A stretch of DNA of 64,000 nt. Origin: Candidatus Bathyarchaeota archaeon. GTDB lineage: Archaea; Thermoproteota; Bathyarchaeia; TCS64. A program made the position numbers and the translations under genes. Numbering within the stretch: position 1 is the stretch's first letter; every line of letters starts with the position of its first letter. Location of the stretch: positions 128,001 to 192,000 of the forward strand of contig CAVYVF010000022.1 in the NCBI GenBank assembly GCA_963771885.1, in the 5' to 3' direction. The notes beneath the pieces were generated by a model. The model searched no databases. It was not told where the DNA came from and worked only from the letters and a program-made list of their open reading frames with translations. Shown here piece by piece: positions 53,601 through 63,322 of this stretch.

Positions 53601-54193
53601 AGATGAGGCTAACTGGAAAGAGTCTTGGGATTATGGTTTCTTAATGGAGTATAAATTCACACATGCATTGTCTACTCTATAGAATGTTGAATATTCTAAA
53701 TCCTAGGATAGTACACTAAAGATCGGATGAAACTTTACCAGATACTAGCTACACTCCTAATGCTCCAACTCCTAGTATTTCTGCCACCGATTAAACTATA
53801 CTCGGATTCATTTAATCAAAAATATCCCATAATTTACCCTCATTTCGATGTTGCCACTTACGGAGAAAAAGTACTCTCTCTCGCATCTACGGGCGGCATC
53901 GGCCCAGTAGTATTTCTAAGACAGGACACAGTTGGGGTTGTTATCAGTGATCTGGAGATCAGGTGGGAATACCATTATACTGCTGCTTATCTGGGAAACA
54001 CTCTTTTGGATATACTACTCATAGGTCTAGTTATCTCAACATATAGAATAGAAAACTCGGTTACTACGCATACTCTTACAAAGATACGCAGAGGGTTAGA
54101 CCATCTCATGATGAGCGCGCGCTTAGCACGCGTACGAGTTCTTGTAAGATGAGGCTAATCGGAAAGAGACTTTAAGATTAAATTTTCTTAATG
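53601..54193 (+). repeat. About 46-bp imperfect direct repeat pair (53601-53646, 54147-54193)
   Basis: AGATGAGGCTAAnnGGAAAGAGnCTT..GATTA...TTTCTTAATG in both. Confidence 0.8.
53727..54152 (+). CDS. Membrane protein (hypothetical, possibly truncated)
   Basis: N- and C-terminal hydrophobic helices; lies between the two repeats. Confidence 0.5.
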   Translation: MKLYQILATLLMLQLLVFLPPIKLYSDSFNQKYPIIYPHFDVATYGEKVLSLASTGGIGPVVFLRQDTVGVVISDLEIRWEYHYTAAYLGNTLLDILLIGLVISTYRIENSVTTHTLTKIRRGLDHLMMSARLARVRVLVR

Positions 54194-54236
54194 AGGCGCA
54201 TGCGTTTCCAGAATCTAATAGGGAGAGGTAATAAAA

Positions 54237-54944
54237 TTAGAGGTTTGTTTCCGCGATGATGGCTCCGCTCTGTGCATACTTGACGACCTTGACACCAATT
54301 CTACCTTCGAGCGTGTCACACATCGTCCTAATTATCAAATACATCGTCGTGGCGCCTATGTCCTGGTGCCCTCTGCTACGCTCCCCGAGGTAAGCTGCTC
54401 GCCCCTTCGTCGCCACGAGGTCGATAGTACTTTCGAGGCCGCTCTTCGCCGCGGCAACAGCCCTCCCCAGCGCTCCGATTAGGTTTACCGATGAGTCGCC
54501 AACCGACTCGTTAAGCGATTTCACAGCAGGGTCAAGGGCGTCAATTATCGTCTTCTCCCCCGGCTTCGTCCCACCGCTCATTTCAAGCATAGCTGCGTAG
54601 CCAGATGTGAAAACGGAGGCAAGAGCCACCTTATCGATATTTTTTCGTCCCTGAAGCGACGCTCCTCCCCCTGTGAAGAACATTCCATAAAGGGCACCAG
54701 CAGAACCTGCAGCTCCCTCCATCACAGCCATTCCCACCGTGTTGAGGACCTCCTCCACACTTGGGTCGTTGAGCGCAGAGACTCTCTCATGCACGAGTCG
54801 GAAGCCCCGGACCATATTGATGCCGTGGTCCGCGTCCCCTATCTCTGCGTCGAGGCTCGTCAGGTAGTCCTCGTTCGCCTCTATGACCTTTAAAATGTTG
54901 TTCATCATCCTGATGAGTGTCGAGGAGTCTATGGCGTCGACCAA
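54237..54944 (-). CDS. dhaL: Dihydroxyacetone kinase subunit L
   Basis: LDAEIGDADHGINM, GEKTIIDAL, ATKGRAAYLGERSRGHQDIGA. Confidence 0.9.
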   Translation of the reverse strand: MVDAIDSSTLIRMMNNILKVIEANEDYLTSLDAEIGDADHGINMVRGFRLVHERVSALNDPSVEEVLNTVGMAVMEGAAGSAGALYGMFFTGGGASLQGRKNIDKVALASVFTSGYAAMLEMSGGTKPGEKTIIDALDPAVKSLNESVGDSSVNLIGALGRAVAAAKSGLESTIDLVATKGRAAYLGERSRGHQDIGATTMYLIIRTMCDTLEGRIGVKVVKYAQSGAIIAETNL

Positions 54945-54976
54945 AGCGTCTCTGATCTCGCGGGTAGGCTAAGCCT

Positions 54977-55981
54977 TTAAAATAATATCGGGCCGGGCTG
55001 CCTGATTGCAATAGACTCGGAGGGAGCCGAAAGTAGTCTCTTAAGCTCATCATCAAGCTTAAGGAGAGTCACAGATGTGCCAGCCATCTCTAGGCTCGAC
55101 ATGAACTCGCCGATCCATGAGACATGTATCTTCACCCCTCTCTCTGCGAGGTTCTTGTTGACGCGCCTGTAAAAGATCAGTTTCTCCATAATGGGTGTGC
55201 CCCCGTTGCCCTGCACGAGGACGACGACCTCGTCCCCTTGAATTAGCCCGAGGTCATTCGCGCATGCATCGGTGAGGGTGTCTGCCGCGTCGTCGGCAGT
55301 CATCATCTTGACCCGCTTCACACCACGCTCGCCGTGTATACCTGTGCCGAGCTCCATCTCGTCGTCCGCCAGCTCGAAGCTGGGCTTCCCCGCTCGGGGA
55401 ATGGTGCAGGGTGTGATGGCGCATCCCATCGATCGGACGTTGGCGATGGTCTTCTGGGCTACCGCCTTGACCTCTTCGAGTGTGGCGCCCTCCTCCGCTT
55501 TTGCGCCGGCGCACTTGTGGACTAGAACAGTCCCTGCTACGCCGCGGCGCATCTCCGGTTTCTCTATCGCGACATCGTCGTTTACGATGACCCATTCGGT
55601 CTTTATTCCGCTGGTACGCGCCATCTGTGCGGCGGTGCGGAAGTTCATCACGTCTCCATTGTAGTTCTTGATGATGAGAAGTGTCCCGATTCCTCCGTTG
55701 ACTGCCTTTATTGCAGCCAGTACCTGTGGGACAGGGGGTGATGTGAATACCTCGCCACAGCATGCTGCTGATAGCATCCCCTTTCCCACATAGCCCGCGT
55801 GAGCAGGCTCGTGTCCACTCCCTCCGCCGCTCACAAGAGCCACCTTCCCCTTCACTGGTGCGTCCGGCCTCAAGATGTTGTTCCAGTTAGGCATCTTCGC
55901 CGCCAACGAGGGGTAGGCAAGCACCATGCCCTCGAGCATCTCCTGGACCTCATCGCCGGGTCTGTTGATCAGCTTTTTCAA
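54977..55981 (-). CDS. dhaK: Dihydroxyacetone kinase subunit K
   Basis: MKKLIN, SGGGSGHEPAHAGYVG, KNYNGD, RRGVAG, GIHGE. Confidence 0.93.
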   Translation of the reverse strand: MKKLINRPGDEVQEMLEGMVLAYPSLAAKMPNWNNILRPDAPVKGKVALVSGGGSGHEPAHAGYVGKGMLSAACCGEVFTSPPVPQVLAAIKAVNGGIGTLLIIKNYNGDVMNFRTAAQMARTSGIKTEWVIVNDDVAIEKPEMRRGVAGTVLVHKCAGAKAEEGATLEEVKAVAQKTIANVRSMGCAITPCTIPRAGKPSFELADDEMELGTGIHGERGVKRVKMMTADDAADTLTDACANDLGLIQGDEVVVLVQGNGGTPIMEKLIFYRRVNKNLAERGVKIHVSWIGEFMSSLEMAGTSVTLLKLDDELKRLLSAPSESIAIRQPGPILF

Positions 55982-56126
55982 CGTTTAAACACCGAGTAAG
56001 AGACCATTCGTGAGCACATATATTAAATCCAACACGTGACGCGCGTCGGTTCGATCTGCATTGTCTCCATGCAGCCTCTCCTTTGCGGGGGTGCATCTTT
56101 ATCACTTCACGGAGAGTTATTCACTT

Positions 56127-56759
56127 ATGTCGACGAGGATACTCCCGGCGATAATCGCCTCCACCCAGGAGGAACTCGACGGGATGTTTACCCGCCTCGA
56201 GGGTAAAGTCGAGTGGGTCATGCTAGACCTAATGGACGGGGCTTTCGTCTCCACAAAGGCGCTCATGTTCCCCTTTAGACTCAGGAAGGGCCTTCGCTAC
56301 GAAGCGCATCTCATGGTCAAGAGACCCCTCGACTACCTGCCCGCCCTCAAGGGCATAGTCGAGGCGGTGATCATCCATGTAGAGTCAGACAACTTCCATA
56401 AGGCACTCACGAAAGCGCGTAGCCTCGGATTCGAGGTAGCCGCAGCCATAAACCCCGGCACATCACTACAAAAGCTGGAGCCACACCTCAAGGAAATCGA
56501 CAGGGTCCTCGTTATGACCGTCGAACCTGGAAGATACGGTGCACCTTTCGTTCCAGCCACGCTGGAGACCGTGAAGAAGCTCAAGGTAACAGCCCCTAGC
56601 CTACCCGTCGAGGTCGATGGCGCAATGAATCCCGAGAACGCCAGGAAGGCACGCGTAGCTGGCGCCACAATCTTCGCTTCAGGGAGCTACCTCATGAAGT
56701 CATCGGATTTAAAGGCAGCATTAAAGACCCTGAAAGAGGCGATCAGTGATATAGCGTGA
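56127..56759 (+). CDS. rpe: Ribulose-phosphate 3-epimerase family protein
   Basis: DLMDGAFV, EAHLMV, IHVE, INPGT, MTVEPG, EVDG. Confidence 0.85.
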   Translation: MSTRILPAIIASTQEELDGMFTRLEGKVEWVMLDLMDGAFVSTKALMFPFRLRKGLRYEAHLMVKRPLDYLPALKGIVEAVIIHVESDNFHKALTKARSLGFEVAAAINPGTSLQKLEPHLKEIDRVLVMTVEPGRYGAPFVPATLETVKKLKVTAPSLPVEVDGAMNPENARKARVAGATIFASGSYLMKSSDLKAALKTLKEAISDIA

Positions 56760-56958
56760 GAATTGCTCCTTCCTGGTGTAGTTTGTTACTTCGTTGAATT
56801 TCTAGTCAAGATTGGGTCTAGGTAGTCGTTTTATTAAATCATATGCCGAGTTGACACAGGAGACTTACAAACGGCGCGAGTGACCACCTCAATGCGCGCG
56901 CGCATGTTAGATCGCTACGAAACCGTATTGCGCGTGCGCTGGGAAGTGCACATCTGGA

Positions 56959-57910
56959 TTAGGGAAGAGGTATTGTCCCCGCGACCCTGAGCCTGCCGCC
57001 GTCGAGGTAGACGAGCACGGCACGAGCCCCCGTAGGGTGAACTAGGGGACGTTCAAGTGTGATCCTTAACTCGGGCTTCCTGTCGCCTGTGTCTGTGATC
57101 TTTGTTACTCTGGCGAGGTTGAGTTGGAGCCAGTGACCTAGGTGGAGCGTGCTGCCCTCGTGGAGTTGCGCTTGGAAGAATGGTATCATATCCGCCTTAG
57201 CCGATATGGTCGTTGTCTGCATTAGTTCCGCTCCGGTGAGAACAGTACCCCTATCGATGTCCTCCGCCTCTACCCCCTTGAGGGCGATGCCGACGTGGTC
57301 TCCAGCCTCCGCGGATTCAAAGTCCTCGTCATGCTTCTGAATATTTCTGACCTCGGCCACCTTATCCCCTGGGAGAACCTTGAGTTGGTCGTGCTTCTTG
57401 ACGGTGCCACTCTTGATGTTTGCGAGGGCGACGGTGCCGATTCCTCGGACGTTGAAGGCAGCGTCGACGGTTAGCGTACCCGGCCTGGGCTGGGGCTGCT
57501 TCGGCGCCTCAGCCAGGGCGATGAGCCTGTCCCTCAGCTTCATCGGGTCGTCCTCCATCACCGTGTAACTCTCAAGAACAGTGCCCTTCCTCAGCGCTTT
57601 GAGTTGGTCCTCGGTGATATAGTTACGGAGCACTATCGTGCCCTCCTTTACGCCACAAGCGTTGATCATGAGGAGGCTCTCGCCGAAGTACTGGTCGAAT
57701 CTTTTCGGCCACGAGGACGGCGTGCTCCCCGAAGGCAGCAGAGTAGTAGAGGCTCTGTATCTTCTCAGGGTACCGGCTCGGCTCGACCATGGTGACGACT
57801 GTCTCACTCTTCTTCAGGTCGTAGAACGTTACGTCTGTCTCGCCGCTCTTCTTCCCGAGCTGCTTGGCGTATCCGGGGCTGCCTATGACTGAGGCGTTGA
57901 GGCTGGGCAC
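56959..57910 (-). pseudogene. EF-Tu/SelB-like archaeal factor (degenerate G domain); one frameshift near 57700
   Basis: LGKKSGETDVTFY, EPSRYPEKIQSL, VDAAFNVRGIGTVAL, VRNIQKHD. Confidence 0.75.
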
Positions 57911-57988
57911 ATTGGCTGAGGACTGCGAGGCGGTTTATATGGGTTGAGGATGGGCTAGGCTTAAATCACATCCCTCACCGGGTATCTC

Positions 57989-58201
57989 TTGATAGCATTG
58001 GGCAAGATTGATAAGGGCCAGAAATGTACGGTCAGGAACTGCAAGAACGACGCAGTGCGCTCAGTCAACGTTGCCAAGGCGAAGGTCGCCGGCCTCGACG
58101 TCGAGGGTAAGAACGCATACGTCTGCGAGGAGCACTACAAGCAGTTCAAGAAGGGAAACAAGAAGTCAGATCAGATAGAGAAGTGGCGCCACCCGCTCTA
58201 G
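57989..58201 (+). CDS. Small Cys/His zinc-binding protein
   Basis: CTVRNC...YVCEEHYK. Confidence 0.7.
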   Translation: MIALGKIDKGQKCTVRNCKNDAVRSVNVAKAKVAGLDVEGKNAYVCEEHYKQFKKGNKKSDQIEKWRHPL

Positions 58202-59655
58202 ACGCTGAACTTTGGGCGCTGCTGTAGGTACCGTGGGACCGGCAACGGGCGCCACGGCTTGTCGCCAACGACGCCCTTGATCTCCGCGGCGAGGTCCGCG
58301 GGAGAGTACTCTGAAAGCTTCCCCGTCTCCCTGACGCGTACGGGTATCTTCTCCTTCCCCGCCTCCTTCTCGCCGATGACGAGGGTGTAGGGTATCCATT
58401 CCTTCTCGGAGTCCCTAATCTTCTTCCCCACGGACTCGTCCCTGTTGTCGACGTCGACCCTGATCATTTCAGACTCAATAGAGGCGGCGATCTTGTCGGC
58501 TGCGCCGAGGTAATCCTGGCTGACAGGGATAACTCGGACCTGTGTTGGCTGGAGCCAGAGAGGGAGCATGGGGCGCTTGCCGACCTTCATGTCGAATGCA
58601 GCCTTCTCGAGAAGGGCGTAGATGTCCCTCTCTATGGCGCCGCTGGGGCTGCAGTGGAGGATGTAGGGGTGCTTGGTGGTGCCGTCCTCCTCCATGAACT
58701 TGATATCATAGCGCTCACCGTTCTCCACGTCGATCTGGTCGGTACTCAACGCTGACGCCTTGTCGAGGTTGTCGACGAAGTTCCTCTCCCACTTCAAGAT
58801 GAAATAGAAGATGCGCTCATGCCACATCTCAACGAGGACCGGCTTGCCGTGGGTCTTGACGAGGTTTACGACGAAGTCCTTGTTGTTCTGCCAGAACTCC
58901 TCGGTTAGGCGGACGCCGAGCTCGTAGTCGCTGTTGTGGATGCCTATGCCCTCGAGGACGTTGGCGCTCATGTTGAATCGGACCATGAATTCCTCCTTCG
59001 CCTGCTCGAGATCGCGGCACATTGCGTGCACATCAGGCATGGTGAAGCTGCGTAGCCTACGGAGCCCGGTGAGCTCCCCCTTCTGCTCCCTGCGGAAGCT
59101 GTAGCGAGTCAACTCGTAGATCTTCAGGGGGAGATTCTTGTAGCTGATGGTGGCGTCCTTTGCCATCAGGAACTGGCCGAAGCAAGCGGCGAAGCGGAGG
59201 AAGTACTTGTCGTCGTCCGACTCGATGGTGTACTGGCGGGCGGGGAAGCGGTTGAGGTAGTTCGCGAGGGTCGGGTGGTTAAGGTTATACATGATGGGAG
59301 TCTCGACCTCCATGCCGCCGTACCTGCCGACCTCCCTAGAGACGTACTCCTCGAGCAGCGCCTTAATCATCCTGCCCTTGGGGTAGAAGCGCATGTTCCC
59401 TGGGTCGCTGGCAGGCTCGTAGTCGACGAGCTCAAGCGCCTTCATCATCGTGACGTGTGGGGGCTCCTGCTTGACAGTCCTGTCCTTGTCGACCTCGTAG
59501 CCCGCGAACTTACGCAGGTTGTCGCGGCCCTTAAAGTTGAACTTATCAATTTCATGCAGGTTGCCCTCGGTGTCGAGGATGTACCAGTGTGACTTGAGCT
59601 TCTCCTCCGCCTTAAGGGCGGCTGAGACTACCTCTTCCTTCTTCTTTTCAGCCAT
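58198..59655 (-). CDS. thrS: Threonyl-tRNA synthetase, archaeal type, without the N-terminal editing domain
   Basis: [49 protein letters not shown], anticodon-binding domain. Confidence 0.92.
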   Translation of the reverse strand: MAEKKKEEVVSAALKAEEKLKSHWYILDTEGNLHEIDKFNFKGRDNLRKFAGYEVDKDRTVKQEPPHVTMMKALELVDYEPASDPGNMRFYPKGRMIKALLEEYVSREVGRYGGMEVETPIMYNLNHPTLANYLNRFPARQYTIESDDDKYFLRFAACFGQFLMAKDATISYKNLPLKIYELTRYSFRREQKGELTGLRRLRSFTMPDVHAMCRDLEQAKEEFMVRFNMSANVLEGIGIHNSDYELGVRLTEEFWQNNKDFVVNLVKTHGKPVLVEMWHERIFYFILKWERNFVDNLDKASALSTDQIDVENGERYDIKFMEEDGTTKHPYILHCSPSGAIERDIYALLEKAAFDMKVGKRPMLPLWLQPTQVRVIPVSQDYLGAADKIAASIESEMIRVDVDNRDESVGKKIRDSEKEWIPYTLVIGEKEAGKEKIPVRVRETGKLSEYSPADLAAEIKGVVGDKPWRPLPVPRYLQQRPKFSV

Positions 59656-59820
59656 TGTTTATGCCTTCCAGTTGGAGGCGGCGACCACTAACCCTTTTTT
59701 AGGTTGCTTCCTTAGAATCTCGGGGGAGCGTCTGGGGTTGCTCAGGGCCTTGCGGCCTAACCTGTTTGGCGGGCGGTCACCGCGCTCTCCTCTGAACATC
59801 AACGGTGAGGAGGATTGTTT

Positions 59821-60504
59821 TTAACCTTTATGTGCTTTGGGGGCGAGGTGAGCACCTTTCACGGCGTAGGTGCCGCTCGTGCCCTCCCAGACCACCTCGG
59901 CCTCATCGATGACGAGCCTCTCCTTGAACCAAGGAGCGTCGACGACCAGGCTCTCGTACTCACCGCCCTCACCACAGACATTAATGCCATACTTTTCACC
60001 CAGCTTCGCCAACTCCACCGCCGCGGCCTCATCGATCCTCCTGCCGAGCCAGCTCTTGTCTAGCCCGTTGGCGGCTACGTGGACCATGACAATCTCCATC
60101 CCCGACGCTATCTCGTCATCAAGAACCTCCCGCGGGCTCCTCCCCCAGAGCGGTGAGAGGTGGCTTATCCCGAGTTCGTTACAAACCCTATTGACTCTGT
60201 CGCGCTGATAAGTCGAGGCTATTGCGCCGGTAACGACACCCTCCACGTCGAGTAGCTCGATCAGGCTCTTCAACTCGTCGACCTCCTTCTCCTTCTCACC
60301 GCTGCTGGGGGCTGAGGTGAGTGGCTTGCCCAGCGCCTCGGCGATGAGGGGGGTGAGGTGGATGTTAACGCCGTGGAACATGTAGCTGTCCCCACGGGCG
60401 GGGCACATACTTGCGAATATGGAGACCTCGTGCCCCCCCTTCTCCACGAGGTGGGCCGCGTATGTGCTGTCCTTCCCCCCGGAGAACAGAGCAGCCAGCT
60501 TCAT
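59821..60504 (-). CDS. dph6: Diphthine-ammonia ligase
   Basis: LFSGGKDS, DSYMFH, GAIASTYQ, GEGGEYES. Confidence 0.9.
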   Translation of the reverse strand: MKLAALFSGGKDSTYAAHLVEKGGHEVSIFASMCPARGDSYMFHGVNIHLTPLIAEALGKPLTSAPSSGEKEKEVDELKSLIELLDVEGVVTGAIASTYQRDRVNRVCNELGISHLSPLWGRSPREVLDDEIASGMEIVMVHVAANGLDKSWLGRRIDEAAAVELAKLGEKYGINVCGEGGEYESLVVDAPWFKERLVIDEAEVVWEGTSGTYAVKGAHLAPKAHKG

Positions 60505-60574
60505 GGTTGGAAAAGGGTCGCCGAGTCTTTATTAGATGTAGTGCGTGGAATTAGGCTTCACTTGTTGGAGGAAG

Positions 60575-61882
60575 TTAGTAGGCTTCCTTCTTGTCGGCGT
60601 CGTACCTCTCGTACTCCTTGTTGTCGACGATGGCCTTAAGGTGCTGTACAACCTGCCAGATCTCCTGGTATGAAGTGTAAAGAGGGATTGGGCTGAGGCG
60701 TATCGTCGTCGGCGGTCGGAAGTCAGGTGGGACGCCACGGGCGGTGAGCGCCTCGCAGATGCGGCGCGCCTCCCTATGCTCGCAGGCGACGTGTCCGCCG
60801 CGCCTCTCGGCTTCTCGGGGGTTGCCGACGCTGAAGTTGTAGGGCTTCTTCGTGAGCTGCTCGTCGATGAGGTACATAAGGTACTCAGTAGCCTTGAGGC
60901 TCTTCTCCCGTATCCTGTCGAGTCCCGCCTCGACTATCATCTTGCTGCTGGCGTAGACTGGGGCAACGCCGAAGCCTATGCTGAGGTTGCTGCCGAGGTG
61001 CCATGAGGCGGCGTTGCCCGTTGGGGTCCACTCCTGCTTGAAGTCGAACCTGTTGCCGGGGTTATTACCCCACCATGTGGGTAGGCCGGGGGTCTCCTTG
61101 AAGTGGTCGCGGTGGACGTAGAGGCCCGCGATGGCGCCGGTGCTGCCATTCATGTATTTGTAGTTGCACCAGAGGGCGTAGTCGACGCCCCAATCATGGA
61201 ACCTGTGAGGTACGACGCCAACGCTGTGACAGCAGTCGTAGCCTATGATGATGCCGTGGTCGTGAGCCGTTTTGGTGAGGCGCTTGATGTCGAGGAGCTG
61301 GCCACTGACGAAGTATACGCTTGGAAGGTGACAGACACTCACCTCGTCACTCATGGCGGCGATAATGTCCTCCTCGGCGATGGTTCGCCCGTCGCGGCTC
61401 TTCACGATTACAAGGTCATTCTCGGGGTCCCTGCCCCTAAGACGGACGTCGCCGGCGAGTGCGTAGATGTCGCTGCTAAAGTTTAACTCGTCCGCGAGTA
61501 TCTTCGTCCTCTTGCCCCTGGGTTTGTAGAACGTTGTGACGAGGGCGTGGATGTTGACGGATGCCCCGCCGGTTACAATGACCTCCTCCTTCTCGGCTCC
61601 GACGAGTTTCGCCTGCAGTTCGGCGGTCTTTTTATCGATGCCGCTCCTGCGAGCAGTGAGGTTCTTCCACCTCTCGAACTCCTCCTTGAGTTCTTCCTCG
61701 GCGTCCTTTGAGGCGAGGCCGAGGCTATTGCCGTCCATGTATATGATGGGCTTGACGGACTTTGTTTTCCCGTCCATGCCAAGGCTCTCCCTCTCAGGGA
61801 TGTAGAACCTCTTCTTGTAAGCTGCTAGTGGATTGGCCTTGTCGAGCTTCTTGGCAAAGTCGAGGTCGGTCTTGTATTCCAT
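60575..61882 (-). CDS. kynU: Kynureninase
   Basis: YMDGNSLG, DCCHSVG, VDYALWCNYKYMNG, RRGGHV, DFRPP..IRL.P.PLY. Confidence 0.88.
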   Translation of the reverse strand: MEYKTDLDFAKKLDKANPLAAYKKRFYIPERESLGMDGKTKSVKPIIYMDGNSLGLASKDAEEELKEEFERWKNLTARRSGIDKKTAELQAKLVGAEKEEVIVTGGASVNIHALVTTFYKPRGKRTKILADELNFSSDIYALAGDVRLRGRDPENDLVIVKSRDGRTIAEEDIIAAMSDEVSVCHLPSVYFVSGQLLDIKRLTKTAHDHGIIIGYDCCHSVGVVPHRFHDWGVDYALWCNYKYMNGSTGAIAGLYVHRDHFKETPGLPTWWGNNPGNRFDFKQEWTPTGNAASWHLGSNLSIGFGVAPVYASSKMIVEAGLDRIREKSLKATEYLMYLIDEQLTKKPYNFSVGNPREAERRGGHVACEHREARRICEALTARGVPPDFRPPTTIRLSPIPLYTSYQEIWQVVQHLKAIVDNKEYERYDADKKEAY

Positions 61883-61970
61883 TGAGATCGTTTGATGGTC
61901 GGTTCTGCGCTTATATTACCTGTCTTTTCTCCACCACTTTTATAAGACCGTCCGGTCGGTCTGATTATTA

Positions 61971-62582
61971 ATGTGCCCCAACGCCACACATGAGGAACGC
62001 CAGAAAACACATAAACGTATACTAGAATCGGCCGAGGCGCTCTTCCTCAGAAACGGCATAACTCAGACATCGATGAACGACATAGTCACCGAGTCCGGCC
62101 TAAGCAAGGGGGCGCTCTACAACCACTTCGAAAGCAAGGAGGCGCTACTACTCGCCATACATGAGAGACAAGTTGAGAAGACGCTCGGACAACTCGTTGC
62201 ATCCTTCCCCGAAGACGCGACCCCCATCGAAAAACTGAGGATGCTCGGTGACCTTGTCTTCGCCTCAAGCGCCCATTTCCCGCGGGAGTTCCTCGCCATG
62301 AACATAGAGTTCTTCGTAGTCGCGTCAAGGACACCTTCCCTCGCCCCGGGGCTTGTGAGGCGGTACAGAGGCGTCCACGGCTTCATAAAGAGGATAATAG
62401 AGGAGGGAGTCGAGTCGGGCGCCTTCAGGGATGATGTCACCCCAGAGCATGTATCGGCGATCCTCTTCGCGACTGCGGATGGACTCAACCTCCACTACGC
62501 CACCGCCGGCGTTGACTTCGACTGGCGCCACACCGAAGGGGCGTTCCTCGACATCGTATTCAACGGCTTGCTAAGGAGGTGA
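61971..62582 (+). CDS. TetR/AcrR family regulator
   Basis: TSMNDIVTESGLSKGALYNHFESKE. Confidence 0.92.
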   Translation: MCPNATHEERQKTHKRILESAEALFLRNGITQTSMNDIVTESGLSKGALYNHFESKEALLLAIHERQVEKTLGQLVASFPEDATPIEKLRMLGDLVFASSAHFPREFLAMNIEFFVVASRTPSLAPGLVRRYRGVHGFIKRIIEEGVESGAFRDDVTPEHVSAILFATADGLNLHYATAGVDFDWRHTEGAFLDIVFNGLLRR

Positions 62583-62757
62583 ATACATGGACTTCGAAAT
62601 GCGTCTATATTCGTTGGTCATCTGGCTTTCCGCAAGCAAGTCGTTCAGGTGGGTCGTAGCCGCGTACAAGCATGCTGAGGCGTGGTGGTGTACGAACCTT
62701 TTCCATTGTAAATCACATTGATACCACTTTTTAAACGGTGAGTGTATCGATCGGGTT

Positions 62758-63321
62758 ATGGTTACTAGTAATCAAGTTCTCGACGTAATCAAGAGGAGAC
62801 GCTCGTGGCGTGCTTTCGAGGCAAAACCTGTGCCGAGGAAGCTCTTACAGGAGGTTATCGACGCTGGTAACGAGGCGCCCAGCGGTATGAACAGACAGCC
62901 GTGGCGCTTCGTCGTCGTCGAGAGCGAGGCGATGAGGAGGAGGCTCTTCGACGCCGCCTACCCGAAATGGAGGAAGGTCTACGAGGACCTGATGAAGAAC
63001 CCAGCCTCCGCTAAGGACGCGGCGAAGTATGGCCTGATGGAGGACCCGGTCTACTACCGGGCCCCAGTCGTGGTCTTCGTTATTGGGCAGGGCGCTGTGA
63101 ACTGCGCCCTCTGCTGCGAGAACATGATGCTCTCCGCCGAGTCCCTCGGCCTCGGAAGCTGCTATGTCTACTTCGGCTCACTGATCAAGGATGACCCTGA
63201 GATCGTGGAGGTGTTGGAACTCGGGGAGAAGGACGAGATATACGGCCCCATCCTTCTGGGCTACCCGAAGGGGGAGCCCGAGGTGCCGCTGAAGAAGCCG
63301 GCGAAAGTGAAATGGGTCTAA
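62758..63321 (+). CDS. Nitroreductase family protein
   Basis: RRSWR, APSGMNRQPWRF, LGLGSCY, LGYP. Confidence 0.92.
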   Translation: MVTSNQVLDVIKRRRSWRAFEAKPVPRKLLQEVIDAGNEAPSGMNRQPWRFVVVESEAMRRRLFDAAYPKWRKVYEDLMKNPASAKDAAKYGLMEDPVYYRAPVVVFVIGQGAVNCALCCENMMLSAESLGLGSCYVYFGSLIKDDPEIVEVLELGEKDEIYGPILLGYPKGEPEVPLKKPAKVKWV

Positions 63322-63322
63322 T

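Noticed and set aside
53598..54150. Integron attC sites (GTTAGAT at 53598, GTAAGAT at 54144)
   Set aside because: No matching RYYYAAC inverse core or attC hairpin found, and the integrase shows no recognisable IntI features.
59656..59800. 46-codon minus-strand ORF or leader RNA upstream of thrS
   Set aside because: No recognisable motif, not Thr-rich, and no supportable RNA fold.
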